DNA from: Rhina ancylostomus
Taxonomy: Eukaryota
DNA: 64,000 nucleotides
Direction of reading: 5' to 3'
NCBI GenBank assembly: GCA_030265395.1
Contig: JARFYF010000017.1
Location: 26,821,593 to 26,885,592, forward strand
The position numbers were made by a program, and so were the translations under genes. The number at the start of each line of letters is the position of its first letter. Positions within the stretch are counted from its first letter, which is position 1. The notes under the pieces were generated by a model, which was not told where the DNA came from, did not search any database, and saw only the letters and a program-made list of their open reading frames with translations. Below are positions 22,791 to 36,848 of the stretch, piece by piece.

Positions 22791-25759
22791 AAGGCACGGG
22801 AGGCCAACGGTTTCCCCTGACAGATTATTGCTGGTTACATGCCACCTTCTCTCACAAGAAAGAGGTAAATGTGTAAATGAGTATCCTGCAATGTGTTGAG
22901 GTGATGTACCTGCCATAATTGAATAACTAGTAGTCTGCCAAAACTATGAGGTAGCTGAGGGGCTAGGAGTGATGTTTAATGTGGGAAGGCATGGTTGCAG
23001 ATGTGTTCCCAGCCCTGCCTGATGAAGATTGTTGATAGGTGAGTGATGGAAATGTGGTTTATGGTAGAGGGGATAAGGCTAGTTCATGTACAGTTGATGG
23101 AAGATGGGATTTGATCATTTCAAGTGAGGTTATTAAAATTTTTATAGTATGCACTCATGTTGTTTAATTCCTGGCATAAACCTCATTATTATTTCCTCTC
23201 ATTGCCACTTGATGATCTGCTTAGTGTGTCTCTTCTTCTCATCTTGTTAACCTAGACTTCCAGAGCTGTGGTAAACTGGGGCATTCACTTTCACCCTTTT
23301 CCATGAAGCTGCCAAATCCTCTCGAGTGAATTCCACCACAAAGCACACACTGTTAAGAGGTCTAAGTATGGTTTCAATCAGTACTGGCAAGCTTCAATTG
23401 GTGCTAACCACTCACAAAATTGACCCCATTGATGTTGTGTTAAGGTAATCGACAACATGGTTAGCTCTGCTAGGTTGTTGAAATCATGATAGTGAAGTCA
23501 GAGCACAAATTTTGTTAACATCCTGCATGGGTTAAGCCCACATCATCATCTCATCACAAATTTTCAGGAGCTATCCATTTGATCTTGCTGGAATCCTAGA
23601 TAAAAGAGAACAAAGTGGAAAGAGTTCAGGAGTTTGTTATTTAAGAATGTTAAATGCATGATTACAAAGTTGGAAATTAGCCATTACATCATCAGGATAT
23701 AAACACTGTTAACCCTGAGAGGATCAAATATGGTTTTTTTCGGTTCCCTACATTTATTTTTGAAGATTTTTTGCTGGTTCCTCAGCAGACTGCAAGGATG
23801 TGGGGATGTGATAAATTCAAACACATAGAAAATGTGGTGGAATCAGTAAACTCTCCAGAAGAAATAATTAAGAAAGCTGAGGTCTGAAGGCATGTTTGAA
23901 CTGAGGGCTCAGCTCATATTTAACACCAATTACCTTCATAGGTGATCAGCGAGAATCGTAAATGTAATTCGGAGTATTTGCAGATTTCAGAGCCTTTGAC
24001 CTCTTAAGTGGCTGGAGTTGGATTACAGGCATCAATGTTGTTGATGTGACCATAATTTAAAAGGAACTAGGTTAAAGCTATTCGCTTAAAGAGCTAAATT
24101 TGTGTTTTGTGGGGAAGGAATTGTAATGCATACACTAATTTCCAATTTTTGAACAAACCTGATGACATCAGTGGGCTGTGTTCTGCCAATGAGATTATAG
24201 AAATAAAGAGCAGAAAGCAAAAAAAAGGGATGAGAATTGATTAAATCACAGACTAAACATTGCAGAAATATAGCACAACAGGTCAAAAACAGGAGAATGG
24301 GAAAAAAAGCTGATTGGCATGAGAGGCTGAAGTGTGAATGGTGCTCAGGTGTCCACAGGTCAGAGAATAGATTATAAAATTAACTGCTGGCCAGGGATCT
24401 CACAATTAAACGAGGTGTGAACAGCATTCAGATGAAACTTCAGTTGCTGTAACCTTGTAAAATTAGACACAAAATGAACTTTCTTAAGATGTACAATATG
24501 AATATCGTAAATGTGAAAGGATATTGTTTTATTTTAATTGAAATTATGTATTAATTATATATTGATTCACTACACTAGAACCTCCTGAATTTCTCAGTTG
24601 TTTTGCTGCTCTAAATTACAATTTTTTTTCCACTTGCTTTAATACAGCCTTGTCCTTGAGCAGCTGTACTGGTTATTTTTGAAGAATACTCTTCTGTAGC
24701 ATTAGGACGGCCTTTAAACACCCTACTTTGTAATCTTGCAGCCATTTTTCCTGTACATAAACACTGTGTGTTTAAAACTCGGCTTCTCATCTGTCTTCAT
24801 TTGAAGACTGGGTTAAAAAATAAAACTAATGATTGCTATCAGAGAGAAGATGAGCAGCGTCACCAGTGAAAAGTTGCACTGCCACATTTTGCCAAGGCTA
24901 ACATTTTTCACTAGGTGGAAAAAGGCTGTATATACTTGTAAACATTATTAAAAATAATAACTTAATGTTTCCTCTGTTTGACTTGCTGGCATTAGCTAGG
25001 TATTTCCAATTAGTGTTTCTTGAAAGCTTTCGTGGAGCTTGCACTTCATTTTGTTTTAAAAAATCCACTAAAGCTCTCTGCTGCTGTCGTCATTAATAGA
25101 ATAGAATGTGTCTTCTCAGGCAGTGAGGTGATATTTAAATCCAATGTTCAGAATGTAAAGAAGCTTTTTAAGCTTTGTTTGGCTTTAATTTCCTGTTGTG
25201 TTTACTCTTTTTAGTATAATTATGCTCGATTTTGCAATATACATATCTTTATTAGTCCACGTCAATGTTAAAAAGTGTCCCCAGGAAGAAAATGCTAAAG
25301 CTTTGATTCCAATCTTAGTTACAATTGTCCATCATTTTTAGTTCTGATTGATTGTAAGCTTCGTGTTATTTTGTCAAGAATTTTAGATGAAACTTCTTGC
25401 CGGTGAAGCACTCTATTCTGTGAGAAACAACCTTTAAAGAGTCCATCCCATTTTATATATGGTATAAATTCAGTAAATTAGGGAATGCCCTAATTAAGCA
25501 GGCATAATAAGAAACTTCCTCTTATATGCATGTTGTCATGCCCTTCTCCAGAGGACAGTAACCACAGCCGTTACTTGCAGCATACTGGAAAACCCTGACA
25601 TTTCTCCAGCTTGATGGACACTTCAGATATATGGCTTGCATCTAAACATTTCACAATGAAACAATCCATCCTTCCTTTCTCATTGACAGCAGCATGTTGG
25701 TGTCTAACTGCAGTCGAAATTCAGCTGTGATATGATGGACACTACTATCAATTAAAGGA

Positions 25760-26218
25760 CTGAATAATGCTAGAACAAAGAGGAAATTTGATAGAAGTAT
25801 TCAAAAAACATTAATAGTTTTGATAGAGTAAATAAGGAGATGTTTCCAGTGACAGAAGCATTGATAACCAAAGTAAATGGCAAAGGAACCAGAAGGGAGA
25901 TGAGGCATCATTTCTTACACAGTGAGTTATTGTAATCTGCCTAAAAGTGTGGTGATGCAGATTTAATTGTAACCCTCAAAAGCAAATTGGATAAATGCTT
26001 GTATTGAAGCAAATTGCACAAAGCTGTGGGGATAAAGGAGGTGAATGGGACTCTAAATGCATTAAAAAAATCCATAAAACTTTGGCACTTAAATAGGCAA
26101 GATATAGAAGGGCATGGTCTTGATGTGGGCAAATGGGATTGGTGTAGATGGACAAAAAGGTCAGCATTGACATGATGGGCTGTAGGACCCAGTTCTGTGC
26201 TTGACAACTGTATGACTC
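25760..26218 (+). mobile_element. CR1 3' fragments
   Basis: agaggaaatttgatagaagtattcaaaa...gatgggctgtaggacccagttctgtgcttgacaactgtatgactcta tail. Confidence 0.8.
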
Positions 26219-26219
26219 T

Positions 26220-26640
26220 AAATCTGAAATAAGAGAAAATACTGGAGATACTCAGGAGGTCAGGCAGCATCCATGTAGAGGGAAATGGGTTTAACACTTC
26301 AGAACAATGACATTTCATCAGAACTGGAAAAGTGAGAAAATGTGTTTGTTTTAAGTTGAAGAAATGGGGAGGAGCAGAGCGAACAAAAGGAAAATCTATG
26401 TTAGGATAGAGACCTGGAGGATTCAAATCACAAAATTGCTGTTGGTTACCATCTGAGAGAAGGTGGTGAAGACATATAAATCGCAACTGATCTGTTTGGA
26501 AAAAAATGTAAATAGAAGCAGGTGAGTGAGGACAGAGGAGAGAGAAAGAAAAACAAAACAGGCTAAAACAGTAAGATATATAACACAGCAGTTGCTGAAA
26601 TCCCGTAATAAAAGGGAATGCTGGAGATAGTTTGAGAACA
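26220..26640 (-). mobile_element. Penelope-like terminal (pLTR) fragment
   Basis: ctggagatactcaggaggtcaggcagcatc motif, plus a hammerhead-like core (tcatcag at 26315-26321). Confidence 0.6.
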
Positions 26641-26649
26641 GATCTGACA

Positions 26650-27745
26650 TCACAAATCTGGGCGTTCATGAAGTGCTGGTGACAGTCATCAGCAACAGAA
26701 ATGAACACCATCACAATCTATAACCACGTGGNNNNNNNNNNNNTTACAACAAAGCCAGGGGATGAACCAAAGTTTAATGAGGAGTGCAGAATCAAATGCC
26801 AGCAGCAGCACCAAGCAAATCTAAAAATAATTAGGTGCCAACCTGTGAGCCTGCAAATGGACTACTTGCATTCCAAACAGCAACAGTGTTCAACAGAGAG
26901 ATCTAAGTGATCCCACGATTAACAAATCAGATCAAAACTCTGCAGTCCTACCACATCAAGTTGTGTGTGTTGATGGATAATTAAACAGTTAATGGGAGAA
27001 GGAGGCTCGCAGAATATCTTCATCCTCAACAACAGTGGGGCCCAGCATGTGTGTGCTAAAGAAAAAGCTGAAGAATTTGCAACCACGTTCAGCCAGAAGT
27101 GTGGAATACATGATCCATCTCGGCTTCCTCCTGAGATCCCCACTGTCACGGATGCCAGTCTCTGGCCAATTTGATTCACTCCAAGAGATATCAGGAAATT
27201 ACTGAGGGCACTGGATACAGCAAAGGGTACAGGACTAGGACAGCCACGGTAGTGTAACAGTTAGCATAACGCTATTACAGTACCAGTGACCCAGGTTCAA
27301 TTCTGGCTGGTCTCTGTAAGGAGTTTGTAAGTTCTCCCCATATCTCCCTGGGTGCTCCAGTTTCCTCCCACATTCCAAAGATGTATGGGTTAGGGAGTTG
27401 CAGGCATGCTATGTTGGCACCGGAAGCATGGTGACACTTGCGGGCTGCCCCCAGAACACTTGATGGAAAAGATGCATTTCACTGTGTGTTTCAATGTACA
27501 TGTGACTAATAAAGAAATCTTACCTTATCTTAGACAACATCCCAGCAGTGGTACTGAAGACCTGTGCTCCAGAACTAGCTGTGCCTCGAACCAAACTGTT
27601 CACGTACAGTTACAATACTACATTGACCCGATGCTGAGGAAAATTGCCCAGGTATATCCCATTCACAAAGAACAAGACAAATCCAATCTGGCTAATTGCT
27701 GCCCGATCAGTCCACTCTCGGTCATCGGCAAAGTGATGGAAGAAT
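26650..27745 (+). mobile_element. CR1/L2-group (Zenon/Crack-like) LINE ORF2 fragment
   Basis: AKEKAEEFATTFSQKC and KIAQVYPIHKEQDKSNLANCCPISPLSVIGKVMEE (RT start). Confidence 0.9.
27238..27533 (+). mobile_element. tRNA-derived V-SINE inserted in a LINE
   Basis: A/B-box-like head (ggtagtgtaacagttagc...ccaggttcaattc), V-domain ggagtttg...tttcctcccacattccaaag, tail aataaagaaatcttaccttatct. Confidence 0.9.
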
Positions 27746-27759
27746 AAAGCATTAATAGT

Positions 27760-28090
27760 CCCTTTGAAATGCTTAAATAGCAGGGGAGGGGCAGATTATC
27801 CAGAGGCAGATTCACATTGAAGGTGGCAGAAATTGTGAAGTCAACCAAATGACTTCAACTGTTCCACAGTAACCCTGGCTTCATCCTATCAATGATTTTC
27901 CCTTTCTTCCTTTCCATTCTTCTCCCACACTCTCTGCAACTGAAGCCCAACTTGTTTTTTCTCTATCCCTTCATGATGAAGATCTAAAACCTGCACTGTT
28001 ATCTCTCTTTCCCTTTTCATGATGCTGCCTGACCTGCTGATTTTGTCTATGGTTTTCTGTTTTTACTTTATTTTTCCAGCAACTGCATTT
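27760..28090 (+). mobile_element. Penelope-like terminal fragment
   Basis: gatgctgcctgacctgctga...tttccagcaactgca motif shared with 26220, 32700, 40225 and 51310. Confidence 0.55.
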
Positions 28091-28169
28091 TTTTTGATGA
28101 TAAGACAACAAACATTGTTTACCTCGCTGTCTTATCATCAAATCACACTTTCAACAAGTTTGTTCACCT

Positions 28170-28640
28170 GTGGAATGTGGGAATCGTTGACCAAGGAAGC
28201 CTTTATTGCCCATTCCTTACTNNNNNNNNNNNNNNNNNNNNNNNNNNNNNNNNNNNNNNNNNNNNNNNNNNNNNNNNNNNNNNNNNNNNNNNNNNNNNNN
28301 NNNNNNNNNNNNNNNNNNNNNTGCCCATTCCTTACTGGCCTAAAACTGGGTGGCTTTCTTAATTATTTTAATTAATAACCAGACACTTTGCTCTGAGTCT
28401 GGATGCACATGGGCCAGACTGGGAAGGAATGTCAGATTTCCTTCCCTGGAGGATATTAGTGAACCAAATGAGGTTTTATGGCAAGGTTATTTTACGACCA
28501 GCATGAACTTTTAATTCCAGATTCGTTTAATTATTTGAATTTAAATTCTCTGGTTGATATGGTGGAAATCAAACTCAGGAATCAGGATAATATTCTTGGT
28601 CATTGAATATTGGTCTAGTAACCTAACTACAATGCTTCCT
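28170..28640 (-). mobile_element. tRNA-derived SINE with a LINE-derived tail
   Basis: tttattgcccattcc tail; ggccagactggg...agatttccttccctggaggatattagtgaacca core; tRNA-like head near 28560-28635. Confidence 0.65.
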
Positions 28641-30169
28641 TATACTAAGCTGCACACAAAGAAAACTAAAAAATTCCAAACATGAAAAGGCAAATCTAAC
28701 TAACAGCAAATTCCATTAGGTCCCTTGTTACAACAAATTATGACCCACTATTCAGCCAAGCATAAAATAAATAGCTTAGTGTGACCATCCTCTCTAAATC
28801 AATCTTTGAACAGTCACTTATGCAAAGTATTGGATTTGCTGGGAAAGAGGATTTTCTTTTTTTATTGCTCTGGGGATAAAGTTAAGGATATGGGACATAT
28901 ACATCTGGTTTGGAGACCAAGTAACAGATGTTCCACAGATTTTGCCTTCACCTCTATGTAGTTAATTGGCAGGCATTTGCTTGTTTCTGTAATTCAAAAA
29001 GAAGGTCCAGCTCACTATTACTTAAATCAAACAGAAGCTTTGCAAAATCTCTACAGCTGAACTCCTACACAAAAGATAAGCTTCAGCTGCATGTATATTA
29101 AAGGCATCTGAATTCTGTGCAGCTAAATATATGAAAGAGCCACCCTCATCTCAGTGGTATCTGCCTTTAAACCGATTGCTGTTCTGTTTCTTGGAAAATG
29201 GCTATATGAATGCAATTCTTAATATTTACATGAGTGCAATTACATTCATCTCTTTTTATGGATAGAGATATCAGATGATAATACTTCTTGATAAAATGTG
29301 CTTCCTTTGACATTCCACGTGGCTTGTCAATCACAAAGTGATAGCTTAATTCTGACACTTGTACAATAATGTATTTTATGTCCTGCCTGGCTATGTTATC
29401 AAGAACTGAAAAATAACTTCAATTATAATGTGGAGAGACACTGAAATACTGCATTGAAACCTACTCAGGAAAAAGAATCTAAAAGTAGCATCTGCATCAT
29501 TTTTCAACTGGTGGAGTAAAATCAAATACAAAGAAATAAAGCATAAGTGATCACATGGACACAATTACTCACCATCATGCTAACTAAATCTCTGTGCTGT
29601 CGGCCTATAGTTTTAGCTGTGCAATGCCCATGGATTATCAGAATTGCTGCAAACCACAAACAGTGCACAGGTTATTCTGTTGATGAAGGTTTCAATGAGT
29701 TGGATTTTTATAGTTTCAAAGTGCTTTACTGTTTTGTCACCTTTGATAATTTCAGTTAAGCCAAGGTCATGGTCGGCTAGTTGACAAACCTTTTTTTACT
29801 TTCATTCTGGGCAAAGTTTGTTTTGTGTCATTCTGGCCCTTACATACTTGATCATATGATGAGCTGGAGCTCATACTGAGTGATCCTTCCAAATCTTGAC
29901 CACAGACTGTGGTTCTCTGGATCACTCCAAGTAAGTTCAAGCTCTACCCAGCAAGTGTGTGTGAATTCTAGCCTAACATGGGCATCCGGAGCTCATGCCA
30001 TGAAAGAGGTGTTGTGGTCTTGAATATGCCATACCTTGTTGTTCCACACTGCCTCCCAGGTTCTCGACTTCTGATTCCAAAACATATTGTAAATTATCTT
30101 TTTCTATTCCAGTGTCAGTTTTGTAAGTTATATAGAAATAAGAATTTTAAAAAATCTACCTCATACTCA

Positions 30170-31640
30170 TAAGTTCCATCTAATGTAGCAAAATGTTCTA
30201 AGGTGAATTGCAGGAGCTTAATCAAACAAAGTTTGTCCAAGCCACAAATAAAGAAATTAAGTGAGGTGACAAATGTAGTTTGAGAACTGAACTGAATGGC
30301 TGAGTGAGTAAATTTGGAACTAATCAAGAAGTCAGAACTGGAGAGGCATGGGCATTTCAGAGGGTTATAGGGCTGGAGGAGATCACTGATATCGGAAGGT
30401 GACTAGAGCATGAGGAGATTTCAGAGCAAGCATAAATTTTAAAATTAAACCATTGCTTAACTGGGAGCCAGTGTAAATCAGCAAGCACGTTATGATCTGT
30501 GCAAGGATGGAGATGTCAATAGGGCTTTGCAAAACTCAGACCTTATAGATGTTTAATGAGGCAGGGGAGCCAAGGCTGGGAATAGTTGTCCAGAGGATAG
30601 AGAAAAAAACATGTATGAGATGACTGATGCGATAAAGATGAAAATTAGCAATCTTGGTGGAGGCTTGGATATATGGTCCAAATCTCATCTGAGGTCCAGA
30701 TTGTTAAAATGATCCAGTTTAGTTGATATAGATACCAAGCTGAGGTGCAGGATCAGTAGCTGAGGAACAGAGTTTATGCTATGAACTAAAGATATCATCC
30801 ATGATTACATGGGATAAACATGCAATGTAGTAACATATGACCATTGAAATGCAATTCCAAAATATAGTTCCCTTTCCTTCAATGGAAGCCAATTGCAACA
30901 CACATTCTCTACAAAATCATGTATCATGTATCAGACTGAGTGTACATTTGCATCCAATGGCTTCAACCTTTCCAATATCTTGTTGGATGAAATTTCTGCT
31001 CATCCAATACTAAATATTAGATAAGTAATCTGACAATTTAGAGAGTGAATGAACAAGAGAAGTGGTGATGAAATGGGAGCTGAATGTGTGTAAATTGGCG
31101 CTGTGTTTTGGATGATGTTGCTGAGGAGCAGCATCTAGGTGAAAAGTAGAAAGGGACAAAGAATAGATCCTGTGCAGACAACAGACTTAATGGTGTGAGT
31201 GCAGGAAGAGAAGCCACTGCAGGTGATTAATTAGGTAAGAATGTGGTTAGGTGAATGTGATCCTACTATCCGGACCCCAGCAGGGTGGAATGTATGATCA
31301 ATCATGTCAGAAACGTGATAAGAAACAAAGAGGGATGCATTATCTTTGTCATAATCATGCAGGATGTTATTAGTGATGGCAGGAACTGCATTATTGCTCT
31401 GGCAGGGACAGAAACTTAATTGTACAGATTCAGACAAGGAATCTCTAAAAGTTGAGCATGTGCTTGGGGTGACAACATCCTTTGAAATGAGAAGGGAGAC
31501 TGGATGATAGTTTCCAAGGAGGAGTCAAGGGTGTTAAATTTTGAGGAGCAGATAATGATGGCAGAGTTGAAGAGAAGGGACAGTGCTTGAAAACGGACCA
31601 CTGTAACAATGTTAGACTTCATGGGGCAAGGAAGTGAAAC
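30170..31640 (-). mobile_element. L2 LINE 3' portion (decayed)
   Basis: Reverse L2 landmarks actgggagccagtg and gaatagatcc; interrupted at ~30790-30960. Confidence 0.75.
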
Positions 31641-32042
31641 AGAGTTCATTTAATCAGCTGCAGTTCTTTACTTTGGGATGCTGTCAAGGTGGTGGGGCAC
31701 AGTTGAGGTTGGTGGCAGCAACATCGTTATGTGAGCTGAACATTTTTTTGGGATTTCATTATACACGGGTTCATATTAAGTTGACTTAAGTGAAGAGAAT
31801 AAATCATTGTTTTTTTACTGGCCTTTTTTTTCAGATTAACTTGGGTGGGATGGAAAATAATTCTGATTTTTAAATAAAATAAACTGAACACTACTGAAAT
31901 CCCGACCTAGTTTCCAATAGAAATCACAGGAAATATTACAAAATAAATAAGATATNNNNNNNNNNNNNNNNNNNNNNNNNNNNNNNNNNNNNNNNNNNNN
32001 NNNNNNNNNNNNNNNNNNNNNNNNNNNNNNNNNNNNNNNNNN

Positions 32043-32800
32043 GATTTGTACTTCTTCCGATCTATGCACCAATGTACCGCATTCAGTGTTCAAAATATAG
32101 TCTCCTCTGCGTTGTAGTCTGAAAGCAGATTGAGTGATCATTTTGTGGAACACTGGTGTTCAGACCTTATGAGTAACCCTGATGCTCCTGTGGCCTGCCA
32201 CTTAAATTTCCTTCCCACCCCAACTCTGATGTCTGTGGCCTCCTGAACTGTTTAAAGGAGGCCCAACGTAAGCTTGATGAACAACACCTCATCTTTTTTC
32301 TGGGCAGCCTATAGCCTTCTGGATGTAACATTGACTTCTACAAGGTCAGGACCCCACTGAACCAGAACTGGCCATTTCTGCTGTAGGTCATACATCTGTA
32401 ATATTGGCTCAGTTTTTCTCTTTCCACCAGCCGACCCTGACAAGTTGACATTTTCTACAAGTCTGCACTTTGCAGCTTTTATATTTCTTTGTTTCTCTTT
32501 TCTTTCTCTAACTTCTCTCATTTCTCAGCTTTTACATGTCTTTGTTGATGTTCTCTTTAACCTATTAACCAAATTACTTCATCAATCCCCAAGGCAGGCC
32601 TGGCCTCATCCTATTGGAAAGATTCCCTTTATCCCTCCCTTAACTTCTCAGCAACTTAGAACTAATTCATTTTTTCTCTTTCCCAATTCTGAAAAAAGAC
32701 CTCCAATCTGAAATGCTGTCTCTCTTTCCAGAGATGTTGCTCCATATATTGAGTTTTCCTGTATTTTCTATTTTTATTTCAAATTTCCGGCATCTGTAGT
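32043..32800 (+). mobile_element. Penelope-like element, GIY-YIG C-terminus and terminal region
   Basis: cctgtggcctgccactt (PVACH), cgtaagcttgatgaacaacacctcatcttttttctgggcagcct (RKLDEQHLIFFLGSL) and aacattgacttc. Confidence 0.8.
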
Positions 32801-34162
32801 TTTTTTTTATTTTTAGTGCTTTTAATTTGTTGTGTTGCTAAAGGAATTGTAACTTGACTAAAGCTTCTAACTTTTCAATTTCCTGCTATATTTGTATCAT
32901 TACCTTCTTAATAAATTTGGACAGAGTCACCCATAATGGTATGCCAATTCTAAAGTTCTGCAAGCCATGTAGAAGCTTAAGCGGCAACTGTGGCTGGGAA
33001 CTGGCAGGTAGGTTGCATAGGAAGCAGCTGAAAACCATCTGATGATATCTTGCAGGCCACTACTCATCAGTACTTGGTGAGAAGCCAGCAGCGCTTAAGC
33101 AAGCTACTTCCTTTGAGAAGCCATTCAGGAACTGTAGTATATGTAAATGTATGATATATGTGTAGGATATATGTGCACATGCATAGTGGAGTTAGAGAAT
33201 TATAATATCAGTTGTATATGTTCCAGTAACTCTTCCTTTTCTCTGTATATTCTACATTAGCTGAGTTAGAAGTAAGGATGATTGCACGTACAGATATGAT
33301 ACAAATTGGCAACAAGGTTAGAGAAGGAAGTAAAGTTTTGAGTTTTTTACAAGAATGAGGGAATAGTTTGCAGTGACTTTGGAAACCTGGAGCTACTTGA
33401 CTTAACTTTTATGCAGAGATTTCTTTAAGTCCACAACAAGTCCTGTGGTGCAAGAAACAGAAGTAATTGGATAAGAAGCACAGGTTAAATAATAACATGG
33501 TTTGTGATAGTCTTTGACTAGAGACTGCATCAGTCTAGGATAGGAATAGGGACTAAATGGCTGCTAAGTCTGAAGTTGATACCATTGGAAGCCTTGGTGT
33601 ATTCATTCATGTGTGTGAATCTTTCAGCTATATGTAGAATACATGGAAATGTTATGTAGCAAGTAACATGATGGTGAGATTGTGCATGTAGAAAATCATG
33701 CTATATAAGAGCGCAAGAAATTTGTGCTTCTAATTGAAATGGATTCCAAAATATATACTATATTAGTAAATCTTTTAACTCCATGGAAAGCTAAAGATGT
33801 TTTGTTTATTGAAGCAGTACAGGATTATTTCAATAATAAACAGTCAGAAACTGTGGAGATCTATAAATTTGGAGTTGGCAACTGAGGTTGTCAGTGAGCA
33901 TATTGTCTCATTAAAGGACTTGTCTCAGCATTGCAGTTTTCTGCCCCATATACCATGTGCTGTAGGACAAGTTTGCTTGTGGTTTAATCATTGAGCAAAT
34001 TCTACTAAAGTTATGAAACATACAGAATCTCACATATGACCTTGCATGCCATATCAGGATGTCTATGATGATGGCATTAAGGAATGCAAAAGAATTCATT
34101 CAAGGCAAAGTACAAATAAGGCCACAGTTTACAGGAAGAAAGGATAGAGTTCAAATGCAGAA

Positions 34163-34555
34163 TAAAAACATAAGCACATAAGAAAAAGGAGCAGGAGTAG
34201 GCCACCTAGCTCTTTGAGTCTGCTTTGCCATTATCAAGATGGGTGATATACTCAATGTATTTTCCAGCACTGAACTCCATAACCCTCGATTCCCTGCTAT
34301 CAGTTTTGAATGAATGAACCTCCACAACCATCTGGGGTAGAGAATTCCAAAGGTTCACCATTGTGTGAAGAAATGTTTCCTGCCAGTCCTAAACATCCTA
34401 CCCCTTATTGTCCAACCATGTTCCTGGTACTTGACTCCTTAGCCAGAGGATTCTTCTTCTTCACATTAAACACACCAAGCTCTTTAAAAACATTAAAGTT
34501 TCTAAGAGAACTCCTCTCATTCTACTAAACTTTAAAGAATACAGTCTCAGTCTGA
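34163..34555 (-). mobile_element. CR1 3' end inserted in the Gypsy element
   Basis: Reversed tail aacataagcacataagaaaaaggagcaggagtaggcc, then ctggggtagagaattccaaaggttcac. Confidence 0.85.
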
Positions 34556-36561
34556 ATTCCTACACAGATCTGCATTATCGTATTTTTCATTGTATCTTGC
34601 CATTCTACTGATACCATTACATCAGCTGCTGAAGAAAGACAAATAATGAAATTAGGGCAAAAAGCAGCAAAAGGCATAAGAATTATGCAAGAAATCTGGG
34701 GTAAGTGTCTGGATTAAGTCATCATGATACAATAGGTATGTTGAAACTAGTGTGTGATCCTTCAAACTATAGAAGGAATTCTAATAAGTTAGGTGATGGG
34801 CAGTAATCAAGATAAACTAATTGCATTTGCATCACATACATTGAAGAAGGGTGATAGAAACAAGGATGCAGTCGAGAAAGATGCATTAAGATTTGTCTTT
34901 GGATTGAAAAGGTTTCACCAATTTCAATTGGACAGATCTTTAACTAAGCAACAGCTCTTATTTTTATCAACTTCAACATTTGGTCTGTTGTGAATACAAT
35001 AGTGGGCCATTCCTTATCACAGTGTGATTATGTGATAGAATATGACAGTTTAAAGCAAAATTTAACAGTCCAGGCTGCCATATGAGAATTCAGATGCACG
35101 GTGCAAAAACAAGGTCGTCATGTTGAAAATAGTAGAAGAGGAATTTCCAGTTATAACAATGGAGATAGCCATGAACCTATCATTCTAACTTGAACAAAGG
35201 AAAAGTCTTATAAAAAGAATGGAACTGTCCAGATGAAGACAATGAATGATATGAGTTGTGGGTACAGCAAGTTTGTGTTAAATAGGAACATTGGACTAAC
35301 TTACCAATTATACTGAGAAAACACATTTTAGAAGAGGTTTCCACTGGATATTCAGGTAAACTGAGCAGGAAGGTAATTGTGAGATGTTTATGAATTGGCC
35401 TGAATTAGATAATGATCTTAATGACCAGTAGACAAGTGTTTTATCTGTCAAGATTGTGAAGCAAAAGCAATAAAAACATTTGTATAGCTTTAGAAATGAC
35501 TAATGAGACCCTTCTAAAAAGTACATGTTGAATATTGTGAGAAGGGAATTGATAATTTCTTAGGATTCCTAGATAGTCATTCAAAATGGATTGAGGTGGT
35601 ATATGCTTGGTACTGTACTACGGATATGCACCAGAAAAGAAAGTAAATCCATTTACTCCTGTCATGACCCACGAGAATTAGTAGACTCCAGATGATTATC
35701 CTCAATTTAATTTGTTTTAACTTGAGCACTTCATGAAACAAATTTGTATTAAGTACACACACAGTTCACCACATCACCCAAATGGTAAAGCTGAAAGATC
35801 AGCAAGAACTTCTGAAAAAACATTGTAGAAGAAAGTATTACAAGGGTGCTCAATTTTAACAGTGCAACATTAATTAACAAACCTCTAGCAAACTACAGAA
35901 TGACGTCACATCCCACATTTGTTCTGTATAGTATTGGTTAGAAGACTTAGAACATGATTAAACTTGGTTCAATGTAATCTTGAGAGAAAATCGAAGAGAA
36001 GTAGTTAATATAAAAATGAAATTATGACTCAAGCCATGGAGAAGGATGCTTCAAATAANNNNNNNNNNNNNNNNNNNNNNNNNNACCTAGTAAATCTGGC
36101 ATGTGGAATCAGTATGTTGGAGTGATAGTTGAATTGTATAGTGCAAAAAGATAACTTGCAGAAATAGGTGACAGAATGACAGAATTAAAAGTGTACTGCA
36201 AATGACTTAATTCCTGCAAGAGATATAAAAGAGAATATTAAAGGGCTATATGATCTTGAGTGTCTTCCAGATGTTTGTGCAGTGGAGAATGTAGAAGGAA
36301 TAACTCAAGGTTGTACTGAATTAAGAAGAAACATGTTTTTTGAGTCAAAATGTGGATTCTAAGCCAAAGGTACAAATGCCCTTTAAAATGATCAAGATTC
36401 AGAAAACCTATAGAGAGGTTAAATCTATAAATAATGTAAATATGTGATATGTGAATCCCTCTTTATTTACAAATAAAGGGAAGTTTTGCAACTTATGTAT
36501 CTCATTTACACACATGCACAGTGCAGTTGAGAGTGGAATAAACTTGCTAAATAAAAGAAAG

Positions 36562-36848
36562 TGGAAGGCACAGTGAAGCAGCTAGTAGAGCTGCTGACTC
36601 GCAGCCCCAGAAACCTAGGTTCAATCCTGACCTTGGGTGCTGTCTGTGTGGAGTTTGCATGTTCTCCCTGTGACCACATGTGTTTCCTCTGGGTGATCTG
36701 GTTCCCCACCACATCCCAAAGATATATGTGGGTTGGTAGAATAATTGGGTGCTGGATTAATGTAGGATTAGTGTAAGTGGGTGGTTGATGGTCAGCACAG
36801 GCCTGATGGCTGAAGGGCCTATTTCCCTGCTGTATCTTTGACTTCATG
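36562..36848 (+). mobile_element. HE1 SINE inserted in the Gypsy 3' LTR
   Basis: ggcacagtgaagcagctagtagagctgctg...ggttcaatcctgacc...tgtgtggagtttgcatgttctccc...ggctgaagggcct (CR1-derived tail). Confidence 0.92.

Noticed and set aside
566-25160. Partial matches to miR-10 (~567), miR-133 (~14490) and miR-1 (~25151)
   Set aside because: Only 12-13 nt match, the rest diverges, and no precursor hairpin is evident.
25941-26714. Longest ORF (257 aa)
   Set aside because: Antisense read-through of adjoining CR1 and Penelope fragments, with no domain signature.
27238-27310. tRNA gene
   Set aside because: The A/B boxes belong to a SINE head that continues into the V-domain and tail.
29850-29925. Box C/D snoRNA-like ATGATGA...CTGA
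   Set aside because: No terminal D box (CTGG rather than CTGA) and no evident rRNA guide.
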